From: Zymomonas mobilis subsp. mobilis ATCC 10988 | Lineage (GTDB): Bacteria; Pseudomonadota; Alphaproteobacteria; Sphingomonadales; Sphingomonadaceae | DNA: 32,000 nucleotides | Direction of reading: 5' to 3' | NCBI RefSeq assembly: GCF_000175255.2 | Contig: NC_017262.1 | Span: 1,950,001 to 1,982,000, forward strand | In this document: positions 9,733 through 18,600 of the stretch, in pieces | Layout of the letters: each line of letters starts with the position of its first letter | Position numbering within the stretch: the stretch's first letter is position 1 | Translations under genes and position numbers: made by a program | The notes under the pieces: model-generated | Databases searched by the model: none | The model's input: the letters and a program-made list of their open reading frames with translations, nothing else | What the model was told of the DNA's origin: nothing

Positions 9733-9862
9733 GATATTTATACTATAAATATTGATAACAAAATAATGCAAAGAGTGTTTGACATTGAAAAGAGGCTGTT
9801 GTTTCCTCGGCGCTACGTCCTGTTGTCACGGTCTTTTCTCAATAGATAGCGAGGAGTTTTTC

Positions 9863-12769
9863 ATGGGGGTTAATCATCGTTGGCTGGCAGCGGCGGCCTT
9901 GGCCGCAACCGCTCTCAGCCCAATAACGTCGAATGCGGCAAAACCGACGGCTGACCATAACAAAAATACGGCAGTGCCTCTTTCAACTTTGGCCGATCAG
10001 ATCAGCCTTTCATGGCAAAAATTTACTTTGCCAAATGGTTTGCAGGTCATTGTTCATGCCGATCATAAATCGCCGATTGTCGCGGTTTCGGTCTGGTATC
10101 ATATCGGTTCCAAAGATGAACCGGCGGGCAAAACCGGTTTTGCGCATCTTTTCGAACATCTGATGTTTAATGGCTCCGAAAATGCGCCCAGCGGTGTTTT
10201 CGAACCTTTGCGTCAGGCGGGCGCAACCGATGACAACGGCACAACATGGTTTGACCGCACCAATTATTTTGAAACGGTGCCAACGCCTGCTCTTGATCTG
10301 GCCTTGTTCCTCGAAAGTGACCGGATGGGGCATCTTTTGGGCGGTATTACCCAACAAAAGCTCGATAATCAGCGCGGCGTTGTCCAAAATGAAAAACGCC
10401 AGGGCGATAACCAGCCTTATGGTTTGGTGCAATATGCTCAGACAGAAGCCTTGTCACCAGAAGGCCATCCTTATCATCATACTACCATCGGCTCGATGGA
10501 AGACCTCGATGCTGCCAGCTTGGATACGGTGAAAGATTGGTTCCGTCAGAATTACGGGCCCAACAATGCCGTTCTGGTTCTGGCCGGTGACATTGACATT
10601 GATAAAGCTAAAACGCTGGTTACCCGTTATTTTGGTGATATTCCTCGGGGTCGCGATGTTGTTCATCCGGCTGCCCCGATCTGGACATTGCCAGCTAGAA
10701 AAGACGAAGTTTTAACCGATAATGTCGCGCTGGCGCGCCTTTATCGCACATGGACGGTGCCAGGTTTTGCCAGTTCCGAATTGCCGGATCTTCATATCGC
10801 GGCACAGGTGCTAGGGGGGCTGGCATCTTCTCGCCTTGATCAAATTCTGGTGCGGCAGGAACAATTAGCGGTCAGCGTTGCCGCTGAATTAGAGCCTTTT
10901 GAAAATCAAAGCCGCTTTGAAATCACTGTAGATGTAAAACCGGGCGTAAACCCGCAATATGTCTCGCAACGGCTAGATAAAATCCTGAATGACTTTATCA
11001 ATCAGGGACCGACTGCCGATGAAGTCAAACGGGCTGCCACGCAAACGATGGTTTCTGAAATCGCAGGGTTAGAAACCGTTGGCGGTTTCAGTGGTCAGGC
11101 ACCCACGCTGGCCGAAGGCCTGCTTTATGCCAATGATCCCAATCATTATAAAAAAGAATTAGTGTCTTTGGCCACGGCCACCCCAGCCAGCGTTACGGCA
11201 ACCATGAAAAAATGGCTTTCTCGTCCGGTTTATGCTCTGACCGTTCTTCCGGGAGAAAGAAAAGCCTATCAGGAATCACAAAAGGGCGGTCATTCGGGTA
11301 ATGACCAGATTGCTATCAAGCCGATTCCAACCGCCGCTCCAACGCCAGAAATGGTTGCTGCGGCTGAAAAAACGACTTCGGCAGGTATTGATCGCTCTCA
11401 TTTGCCAGAAATCGGGACTATTCCTGATCTGAAATTCCCGACAATCGAGCATGCCAAATTAAGTAATGGGGTAGAAGTCAGCTATGCCCAGCGCTCTGCT
11501 GTGCCGTTGACGCGGATTGCCTTTAACTTTGATGCGGGTAATGCCGCTGATCTGAAGGATTTGCGCGGGACAGAAAGTCTGATGCTTTCTATGCTGACAG
11601 AAGGCACGCCGGGCAAAAATGCGATTGAATTGGCTGTCGATCGTGAAAGATTGGGCGCCACTATCGCTTTTGATAGCGATGCCGACCGCACCAATATGCT
11701 CTTGCGGAGCCCAACTCCCAATATCGGGGCAACGCTCTCTCTGGCATCACAGATGCTGTTATCACCCGCTTTCCCAGATAAAGAGCTGGAACGCGTCCGG
11801 TCAGAACAGCTTGCCACCATCGCTATGGAGCATAGTTCTCCGGCACCCTTAGCCGCGCGTGTGATTGGCCCCAATATTTATGGTGAAAACCATCCTTATG
11901 CCCATGTCTTGTCGCCTTCTGGAACGGAAGATTCTGTTAAAAAGATTACCAAGGCAGATATCATCCGCTTTAAAAACCAGTGGTTGCGCCCTGATAAAGC
12001 TCATATTTTCATTGTTTCCGACCAACCGCTTTCTGCCATTTTGCCTCTGCTGAATACGCGTTTCGGTCATTGGCAAAATCCGAAAGAAGAAGCGGGTGTC
12101 AAAGAAATCAATGCAGCACCGGTGCCTCAGAAGTCGGGTATCCTTTTGGTCAATCGACCAAATTCTCCACAATCGCTTATCTTGGCAGGTTCGGCGCTTC
12201 CTCTGAAAGGGCAAGCGGATGATGCTACGTTATTCGATTTAACGGTGGCGAATGATATTCTGGGCGGCCAATTTTTGGCACGACTGAATATGGATCTGCG
12301 CGAAAGCAAAGGTTGGAGCTATGGCGTCCACAGCCGTATCTACCGGATGGTCGGGCCTTCTGCCTTTATGATCCGCGCCCCTGTTCAAACGAACCAAACC
12401 GGTCCTTCTGTTTCTGCCTTAAAAGCGGATACGGTCAGCTTCCTGACCGATCAAGGCATTACGGCCAAGGAACTGGAAGGTACCCTTACAGGTGATATCC
12501 GCCAGCTTCCGGGTAGTTTTGAAAGCGGCGATGATGTCCTAAGCGGTATGATGACTTTAAATAGATTCGGGCGTTCCGATAACTATTTTGATACTCTCGC
12601 CAGCCGCTATCGTGGCCTGAATGCGGCGACTTTGGATACAACCGCACGGCGTTGGCTCGATGTTAATAAATTCTTATGGGTCGTGGTCGGCGATGCTAAT
12701 GTGGTTAAACCACAATTGGAAAAAACAGGCCTTCCGATCGAAACCATGTCAGCCGATGATGTAAAATAA
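9863..12769 (+). CDS. Secreted M16 family zinc peptidase, paralog 2 (tandem duplicate)
   Basis: HLFEHLMFNGS motif and collinear similarity to paralog 1 over its whole length. ATG 9863 is preceded by GAGGAG and gives the signal peptide MGVNHRWLAAAALAATALSPITSNA. Confidence 0.9.
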   Translation: MGVNHRWLAAAALAATALSPITSNAAKPTADHNKNTAVPLSTLADQISLSWQKFTLPNGLQVIVHADHKSPIVAVSVWYHIGSKDEPAGKTGFAHLFEHLMFNGSENAPSGVFEPLRQAGATDDNGTTWFDRTNYFETVPTPALDLALFLESDRMGHLLGGITQQKLDNQRGVVQNEKRQGDNQPYGLVQYAQTEALSPEGHPYHHTTIGSMEDLDAASLDTVKDWFRQNYGPNNAVLVLAGDIDIDKAKTLVTRYFGDIPRGRDVVHPAAPIWTLPARKDEVLTDNVALARLYRTWTVPGFASSELPDLHIAAQVLGGLASSRLDQILVRQEQLAVSVAAELEPFENQSRFEITVDVKPGVNPQYVSQRLDKILNDFINQGPTADEVKRAATQTMVSEIAGLETVGGFSGQAPTLAEGLLYANDPNHYKKELVSLATATPASVTATMKKWLSRPVYALTVLPGERKAYQESQKGGHSGNDQIAIKPIPTAAPTPEMVAAAEKTTSAGIDRSHLPEIGTIPDLKFPTIEHAKLSNGVEVSYAQRSAVPLTRIAFNFDAGNAADLKDLRGTESLMLSMLTEGTPGKNAIELAVDRERLGATIAFDSDADRTNMLLRSPTPNIGATLSLASQMLLSPAFPDKELERVRSEQLATIAMEHSSPAPLAARVIGPNIYGENHPYAHVLSPSGTEDSVKKITKADIIRFKNQWLRPDKAHIFIVSDQPLSAILPLLNTRFGHWQNPKEEAGVKEINAAPVPQKSGILLVNRPNSPQSLILAGSALPLKGQADDATLFDLTVANDILGGQFLARLNMDLRESKGWSYGVHSRIYRMVGPSAFMIRAPVQTNQTGPSVSALKADTVSFLTDQGITAKELEGTLTGDIRQLPGSFESGDDVLSGMMTLNRFGRSDNYFDTLASRYRGLNAATLDTTARRWLDVNKFLWVVVGDANVVKPQLEKTGLPIETMSADDVK

Positions 12770-12790
12770 TCGGATTGATACTCTAGTTAT

Positions 12791-12826
12791 AAAAAAAGGT
12801 GGTTCGTTAAGAACCACCTTTTTTAT
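12791..12826. terminator. Bidirectional terminator between M16 paralog 2 and purK
   Basis: AAAAAAA-GGTGGTTC-GTTAA-GAACCACC-TTTTTTATT. Perfect stem flanked by an A-run and a T-run. Confidence 0.85.
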
Positions 12827-12845
12827 TATCTGACTTTTTAAAACA

Positions 12846-13934
12846 TCAGATAATTCGTTTAATCAATTTGGTCACATGCCCCATTTTTCGTCCCGGTTTG
12901 GCGGTACCTTTGCCGTAAACATGCAGATAGTTATTCCGGCGAGAGAGAATTTTTTCCCATGTATTGACCTGCGCCCCGATCAAATTTTTCATCTCGACTC
13001 TTTCCGCCGTCAAAGCGGTTGAGCCCAAGGGCAAACCACAAACGGCACGAATGTGATTTTCAAATTGGGAGGTTTCTGCGCCTTCAATCGTCCAATGACC
13101 GCTATTATGAACACGCGGAGCCATCTCGTTAAAGATCGGGCCAAATTGGGTCGCAAAAAATTCAACGGCCAGAACACCGACATAATTCAAGGAATCGGCA
13201 ATTCTTTGCGTGGCCTTAATCGCGGCATCTGCCTGCTGTAAAATGAAGTCATTCGCCGGTACGACCGAATGATCCAAGATACCATTATTGTGGGTATTGG
13301 CTGGAATATCCCAAGTCAAAAACTGACCTTTAATATCACGAACAGCTAAAACAGAAAATTCATGCTCGAATTTGACCATGCCTTCAAGAATGGCTTCTTT
13401 ACAAGAAAGCTCACTCCATATTTCGGCCAAATGGGAATCGGTTGCTTTTTTAACAACCATTTGCCCGCGACCGTCATAGCCTTGAGTGCGCTGCTTCAAG
13501 ATAGACGGAATACCTAATTCCAAAAGGGCATAGGATAATTCACGGAGCGAGCTCACAGGCCGAAAGGGCGCAGGCCGTATCTTCAAATCTGACGCATAAT
13601 TCTTTTCGGTCAGACGATCCTGCGCTACATTCAAGGCTTGGGGTGGTGGATAAACCGCAACCCGCTTGGCAATTTCGACTAACGGCGCGGCTGGAATATT
13701 TTCAAACTCATAGGTGATAACATCAACCGAGGCCGCAAATTCTTTCAGTTTCTCGCCGTCATCATATGCACCGACGAAACTTTTAGCAGCCACGACATTG
13801 GCTGGCCCCGATTGATTGGGGGCATAGACATGACAGAAATATCCCAATTGCGTCGCCGCAATCGCCATCATCTGACCTAACTGGCCATTACCAATAATGC
13901 CAATTTTAGAACCGGGCGGAAGTGTCTGGGTCAT
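12846..13934 (-). CDS. purK: N5-carboxyaminoimidazole ribonucleotide synthase
   Basis: 362 aa with an ATP-grasp fold. N-terminal [13 protein letters not shown], and C-terminal GRKMGH typical of PurK. Overlaps purE by 4 bp (ATGA). Confidence 0.93.
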   Translation of the reverse strand: MTQTLPPGSKIGIIGNGQLGQMMAIAATQLGYFCHVYAPNQSGPANVVAAKSFVGAYDDGEKLKEFAASVDVITYEFENIPAAPLVEIAKRVAVYPPPQALNVAQDRLTEKNYASDLKIRPAPFRPVSSLRELSYALLELGIPSILKQRTQGYDGRGQMVVKKATDSHLAEIWSELSCKEAILEGMVKFEHEFSVLAVRDIKGQFLTWDIPANTHNNGILDHSVVPANDFILQQADAAIKATQRIADSLNYVGVLAVEFFATQFGPIFNEMAPRVHNSGHWTIEGAETSQFENHIRAVCGLPLGSTALTAERVEMKNLIGAQVNTWEKILSRRNNYLHVYGKGTAKPGRKMGHVTKLIKRII

Positions 13935-14470
13935 AAAGAAGAGATCCTTGGCAGAGTATCTGGCTGATCCTGAACATCAGCCGTTTGACGCTGCCGCCAC
14001 TGATCCAACCTTTCGGCCAGATCATCATCATTATTGGCAAGTATGGCAGCAGAAAGAAGAGCCGCATTGATAGCACCTGCGCGGCCAATCGCAAGGGTTC
14101 CAACCGGAATTCCGGCGGGCATCTGAACAATAGAAAGCAAGCTATCCATGCCGTTTAGGGCTTTTGATTGCACCGGCACCCCGAAAACAGGCAATCTTGT
14201 AATAGCCGCGGACATGCCCGGCAAATGTGCCGCCCCACCAGCACCCGCAATAACGGCTTTAAACCCTTTTGAAACCAGCGAACCGACATAGTCATATAAC
14301 CGTTTCGGGGTTCTATGCGCTGAAATGATACGCGTTTCATACGGAATTTGAAGGGCAGATAAAACATCTGCCGCATGATGCATGGTTTCCCAATCGGATT
14401 GACTGCCCATAATCAAGGCAATGATCGGGGCAGGGCTAGATTCGTCTATAGAGGGGGGCTGGTTGTTCAT
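13931..14470 (-). CDS. purE: N5-carboxyaminoimidazole ribonucleotide mutase
   Basis: 179 aa. Motifs [14 protein letters not shown] and [10 protein letters not shown] are hallmark class I PurE motifs. Lies upstream of and is coupled to purK. Confidence 0.95.
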   Translation of the reverse strand: MNNQPPSIDESSPAPIIALIMGSQSDWETMHHAADVLSALQIPYETRIISAHRTPKRLYDYVGSLVSKGFKAVIAGAGGAAHLPGMSAAITRLPVFGVPVQSKALNGMDSLLSIVQMPAGIPVGTLAIGRAGAINAALLSAAILANNDDDLAERLDQWRQRQTADVQDQPDTLPRISSL

Positions 14471-14706
14471 ATATTTTTCCGGCTCTCAATTGGAACGTGC
14501 AGGCAAATAATGATAAATCCTGTGAAATTTGAATAGACGCTCTACGGTAAGATGCGAAAAGCGGCAATTCCTGATATCAAAATTGTTGTCTTATATTCCG
14601 ATAAAAAAGCGAATAGCTAGATGGATAAGCCATTTTCTCTTGAGGGATTTGACTTATTATATCGATAATAGTTCTTTCTCGTGAAAGAGAAGGGCTTCTC
14701 CTTCCT

Positions 14707-15663
14707 ATGGTCGAACAAGGCAATAGCGTGTCAACAGAGTCAGATTCCAGAATTGTGTCCGATAGCGAGGCTAAGGGAATAGTCAAACGCCTGCCGCCTA
14801 AATTAGCCGCCTATATTTCGCTTGCCCGCGCGGATCGACCTATTGGGGTTTGGCTACTTTTCTGGCCGGGGGCGGCGGCTGTCGCTTTGGCAGGTGGCCT
14901 TCTCTCACATTGGTTTTTACTACCCGCTTTCTTTATCGGGGCTTTTGTGATGCGTTCAGCCGGATGCGTTTATAATGACATCGTTGACCGCGATCTTGAT
15001 AAAAAAGTTGCTCGAACCCGAAACCGTCCACTAGCTTCCGGCTTTATTTCAGTCAAAGCGGCTTGTCTCTTTATCGCTTTTCTTTGCCTGATCGGATTGG
15101 GCTGCTTGACCTTTTTCAATCCCATAGCCCGTTTTACAGCGATCGCTAGCCTAGCCTTAGTGGCAGCTTATCCCTTCATGAAACGGATAAGCTGGTGGCC
15201 TCAGGCTTGGCTTGGTCTTGTTTTTAGCTGGGCGGCTTTGGTTGGAAGCGTTGCCATTTGGGATCGTTTCGAATGGCCGGGTATTTTTCTTTATGGCGGT
15301 TGTATCTTCTGGGTAATCGGTTTTGATACTGTTTACGCTATTCAAGATATTGAAGACGATGCCTTGGCCGGTATCAAATCCTCGGCAAGGGCATTAAAAA
15401 GTCATTTGCGTCTTGGGGTTAGTTTGTTTTTTGTTTTAGCTGTTTTGGGATGGGGCGCGGCTATCTGGTTCACGCGTCCCCAGCCTTTAGTTTTACTAAC
15501 GTTATTGCCTGTAGTCCTGCATTTCATCTGGCAAATGACAACATTGGATGTCAATGACGGGCAAAATGCTCTGATGCGTTTCCGTTCCAATCGTCAGATT
15601 GGCTTCTTGCTTTTCTTGGCTTGTGCAACCATCGGTATGGCTAATAATTTTTCGGTATATTGA
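14707..15663 (+). CDS. ubiA: 4-hydroxybenzoate polyprenyltransferase
   Basis: 318 aa, polytopic membrane protein. Carries the UbiA prenyltransferase Asp-rich motifs NDIVDRDLD and YAIQDIEDD. Confidence 0.88.
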   Translation: MVEQGNSVSTESDSRIVSDSEAKGIVKRLPPKLAAYISLARADRPIGVWLLFWPGAAAVALAGGLLSHWFLLPAFFIGAFVMRSAGCVYNDIVDRDLDKKVARTRNRPLASGFISVKAACLFIAFLCLIGLGCLTFFNPIARFTAIASLALVAAYPFMKRISWWPQAWLGLVFSWAALVGSVAIWDRFEWPGIFLYGGCIFWVIGFDTVYAIQDIEDDALAGIKSSARALKSHLRLGVSLFFVLAVLGWGAAIWFTRPQPLVLLTLLPVVLHFIWQMTTLDVNDGQNALMRFRSNRQIGFLLFLACATIGMANNFSVY

Positions 15664-15946
15664 TGCCGCGATAGAACGCGATCGGGCAATCCTTTGTCGT
15701 TATCTATAACACGTCGGGGCGGGGGCTTTTAGTCGTTATGGCCGTTTGGAAAGCCATGGCTGTATCCGACTTAAACATCTGGTCGCTTTAGGAAAACGCT
15801 GGTTGGCGACTGATCTGGCATGGATAGGTGACCGCCTTCGGAGTGAAATTGATAAAAATGAAACCGAACGCGTCCATCTGAAACAACCTGCTGCGGTTTT
15901 TCTGTTTTATTGGATAGCTTTTGGTAATGGTGAAAATGCCCCATAA
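15662..15946 (+). pseudogene. Relic of a YkuD/YcbB-type L,D-transpeptidase (C-terminal ~90 codons only, in-frame stop at 15707-15709)
   Basis: The frame reads ...RYL*HVGAGAFSRYGRLESHGCIRLKHLVALGKRWL...VHLKQPAAVFLFYWIAFGNGENAP. It contains the catalytic SHGCIRL motif and the YcbB-like C-terminal PVPV..Y.TA pattern. There is no start codon or upstream domains, and ubiA ends at 15663. Confidence 0.5.
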
Positions 15947-16156
15947 AGCCTTTATATGATGTCGGAACTGACATTTCCTCACTCTTGCGACGTATAAGGC
16001 TGGCTGCAAAATCTAACTTAAAATGATTAAACGATAATCTCTTCATAGATAAAAATTTCTTGGCTAACCAAGAGAGAAAACAGCCTAGGATCACGACGAA
16101 ATGGATAAGGATTGAAGGCCATTTATTCTTTCAATACCCTCCCTCAAAAACAACAT

Positions 16157-16200
16157 AAAAAAAGAGGCTTCCCCTTTTCGGGAAAGCCTCTTTTCTCTTT
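16157..16200. terminator. Terminator downstream of the DEAD-box helicase (works on both strands)
   Basis: AAAAAAA-GAGGCTTCCC-CTTTTC-GGGAAAGCCTC-TTTTCTCTTTTT. On the - strand the stem is followed by TTTTTTT. Confidence 0.8.
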
Positions 16201-16221
16201 TTAAGATGCTAACTCTAGCGA

Positions 16222-17598
16222 TTAGCTACGAGCAACGGCACGAACACCACGCATCTGCGGACGACGCGGACGACGCGGACGTTCACCACCGCGATCACCA
16301 CGATCATCACCTTTACCATGAGAGTGGTTGAAACCCGGTTTTGCACCGCCGCCAAAGCGACCGCGACCACCGCCACGACCACCGCGACCATCTCTGCCAT
16401 CCCGTTCTGGACGCATCGGAGCCGGATGCGGCAGCAATTCTTTTTCCATGACAAAGTTTTCAGGCAGCGGCAAAATCTGCAATTTGACACGAGTCAAACG
16501 TTCGATAGAGCGCAAGTAAGAGCGTTCGTCATTGGCAATAAAGCTGATAGCCTGACCATCACGACCAGCACGAGCAGTGCGGCCAATACGATGGACATAT
16601 TGTTCGGCGACATTCGGCAATTCGTAATTGAAGACATGGCTGACACCCGGAACGTCAATACCACGGGCAGCAATATCGGTGGCCACCAGAATTTTTAACC
16701 GGCCATTACGGAAGGCATTCAAAGCGCGTTCACGCTGCGGCTGGCTTTTGTTACCATGAATGGCGGCAGCAGGCAGACCAGCGGCTTCCAAATGGCGAAC
16801 CACTCTATCGGCACCATGCTTCGTACGGGTAAAGACCAAAGCCCGATCAAGGCCAGGGGTATTTTTCAGCGTAATCGTCAACAAAGCCTGTTTTTCAGAC
16901 TGGTTAACGAAAATACCGAATTGCTCAACCCGTTCAGCCGTTGAAGACTGGGGCGCAACCGAAACGGTTACCGGATCAGACAAGAACTGACTGCTCAATT
17001 CCTGAATCGTTTTTGGCATCGTAGCCGAGAAGAACAAAGTCTGGCGGTTCTTCGGCAGCAATTTGTCAATGCGGCGCAACGCATGGATAAAACCAAGATC
17101 CAGCATCTGGTCGGCTTCGTCCAAGACGAAAACTTCGACGTCTTTTAAGACAAGCGCGCGCTGGTCGATCAAATCCAGCAAGCGACCGGGTGTTGCAACC
17201 AAAATATCGGTGCCACGATCCAGCATTCTCATCTGACGACCAATAGGAACGCCACCAAATACGGCATTAACCGACATACGCAGATGACGGGTATAGTCAT
17301 TGCAAGCGCGGGCAATCTGGCTGGCCAGTTCGCGCGTCGGTGATAAAATCAGCATACGGCAACCACGCTGAGGCCGTGCCTGCGGGTTGGTTGCGAGATA
17401 ATGAATAGAAGGCAGAGCAAAGGCTGCGGTTTTACCGGTGCCGGTCTGGGCGATACCGCAAAGATCCTTGCCTTCTAATAAATGGGGGATAGCTTGTGCC
17501 TGAATCGGGGTCGGCTTACTATAACCGAGACCATCCAGAGCCTGCACAAGTGACGAGTCGAGACCAAGGGTTTTGAACGAAACAGATGTTTCCGTCAT
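16222..17598 (-). CDS. rhlE: DEAD-box ATP-dependent RNA helicase, RhlE-like, with Arg/Gly-rich C-terminal tail
   Basis: Q-motif region with GYSKPTPIQ, Walker A AQTGTGKT, DEAD box VLDEAD, SAT, and HRIGRTARAG. The C-terminal ~70 aa are RGG-rich (RDGRDGRGGRGGGRGRFGGG...RPRRPRRP). Confidence 0.92.
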   Translation of the reverse strand: MTETSVSFKTLGLDSSLVQALDGLGYSKPTPIQAQAIPHLLEGKDLCGIAQTGTGKTAAFALPSIHYLATNPQARPQRGCRMLILSPTRELASQIARACNDYTRHLRMSVNAVFGGVPIGRQMRMLDRGTDILVATPGRLLDLIDQRALVLKDVEVFVLDEADQMLDLGFIHALRRIDKLLPKNRQTLFFSATMPKTIQELSSQFLSDPVTVSVAPQSSTAERVEQFGIFVNQSEKQALLTITLKNTPGLDRALVFTRTKHGADRVVRHLEAAGLPAAAIHGNKSQPQRERALNAFRNGRLKILVATDIAARGIDVPGVSHVFNYELPNVAEQYVHRIGRTARAGRDGQAISFIANDERSYLRSIERLTRVKLQILPLPENFVMEKELLPHPAPMRPERDGRDGRGGRGGGRGRFGGGAKPGFNHSHGKGDDRGDRGGERPRRPRRPQMRGVRAVARS

Positions 17599-17704
17599 AA
17601 AAGGCTTTCCGTTTTTGAAATAGGCGCGATGAAGCGCACTAAGAGACGAGTTAAAACTCGTTTAAGACCTGAAAATACAGGCTTGCGTGAACGGGAAAGC
17701 CTGC
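17599..17704 (-). promoter_or_regulatory. Structured 5' leader of the helicase gene with alternative hairpins, one sequestering the RBS
   Basis: On the mRNA strand, AGGCUUUCCCGU (17702-17691) can pair locally (CAGGCUU 17703-17697 with AAGCCUG 17684-17678). Alternatively it can pair with ACGGAAAGCCU (17612-17602), which contains the GGAAAG ribosome-binding site 6 nt from the ATG. An ACGAGUU/AACUCGU hairpin lies between them. Confidence 0.4.
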
Positions 17705-18048
17705 TGCTATTAGGCATCTAAAGAGGAATACTTGGCAACGCACCATAGTGAGGAAGGCTTTTTATGACTTCCGAAATGACAAAAATAGATGTCAGATATT
17801 ATGTGCGGTGGAACACGCAAATTCCGTGCATATGCCCGTTTAGTCTCGCGGACACAGATGCTTATCCGTTAATAATGACCATAGGACAGAAGAAAGGCAA
17901 GGCTTTTCCTCATTGCCGAATAAAATATTATTATATTATCGCCAAAAAGGACAATTATTGAAAGAAATCGAAGATATCATTCAAAAAACCATAAAAAGGC
18001 AACATAAATAATCTTGATTGGAAGGCGTGGTTTCACCAAATAAGAAAC

Positions 18049-18600
18049 ATGCTGATCGAGACAGAAAAGACGCCGAATCCGGCTACCCTTAAATTTTTGC
18101 TTCACCGTCCCGTAATGGAACGTGAATCCCGTTATTTTGTCAATAAAGAGGAAGCCGCTGATTCGCCTTTGGCCGTAGCGCTTTTTGACTTGCAGCATGT
18201 GACGGCTGTTTTCTACGGACGGGATTTTATTTCCGTCACCCTCGATTCACCTTCATTATGGTCTAACCTCGAATCCAAGATCATTATGATCATTTCGGAT
18301 CATTTCGATAATGACATTCCGTTATTGGTAGAAAATTCCGAAAAGAATGAAACAAAAGATCATGATGAAGAAGATGACGTCATTCTTCAGATCAAAGATC
18401 TGATCGATAGCCGCGTTCGTCCGGCTGTTGCTCGTGATGGGGGGGATATCGTTTTCCAGAAATTTGAAGACGGCATTGTCTATTTGTCGATGCGGGGCGC
18501 TTGCGCAGGTTGTCCTTCTTCTGTTGCGACCCTGAAACAAGGGGTCGAGACCTTGCTGAAACATTTTGTCCCTGAAATTAAAGAAGTTCGGGCGATTTAA
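18049..18600 (+). CDS. NifU/Nfu-type Fe-S cluster scaffold/carrier protein (Nfu_N + NifU C-terminal domains)
   Basis: 183 aa. N-terminal MLIETEKTPNPATLKF is the Nfu_N signature and the C-terminal CAGCPSS is the CxxC cluster-binding motif. The stop overlaps the tsaB start (TAATG). Confidence 0.88.
   Translation: MLIETEKTPNPATLKFLLHRPVMERESRYFVNKEEAADSPLAVALFDLQHVTAVFYGRDFISVTLDSPSLWSNLESKIIMIISDHFDNDIPLLVENSEKNETKDHDEEDDVILQIKDLIDSRVRPAVARDGGDIVFQKFEDGIVYLSMRGACAGCPSSVATLKQGVETLLKHFVPEIKEVRAI

Noticed and set aside
15771-16094. 107-aa and 73-aa - strand ORFs downstream of ubiA
   Set aside because: They overlap the L,D-transpeptidase relic on the opposite strand, are AT-rich, and have no RBS or family resemblance. 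They are more likely chance ORFs in decaying DNA.
16215-16698. 91-aa - strand and 126-aa/63-aa + strand ORFs overlapping the helicase 3' end
   Set aside because: They are artefacts of the repetitive GC-rich DNA encoding the RGG tail, with products such as poly-Val/Ala or poly-Pro/Arg and no independent signals.
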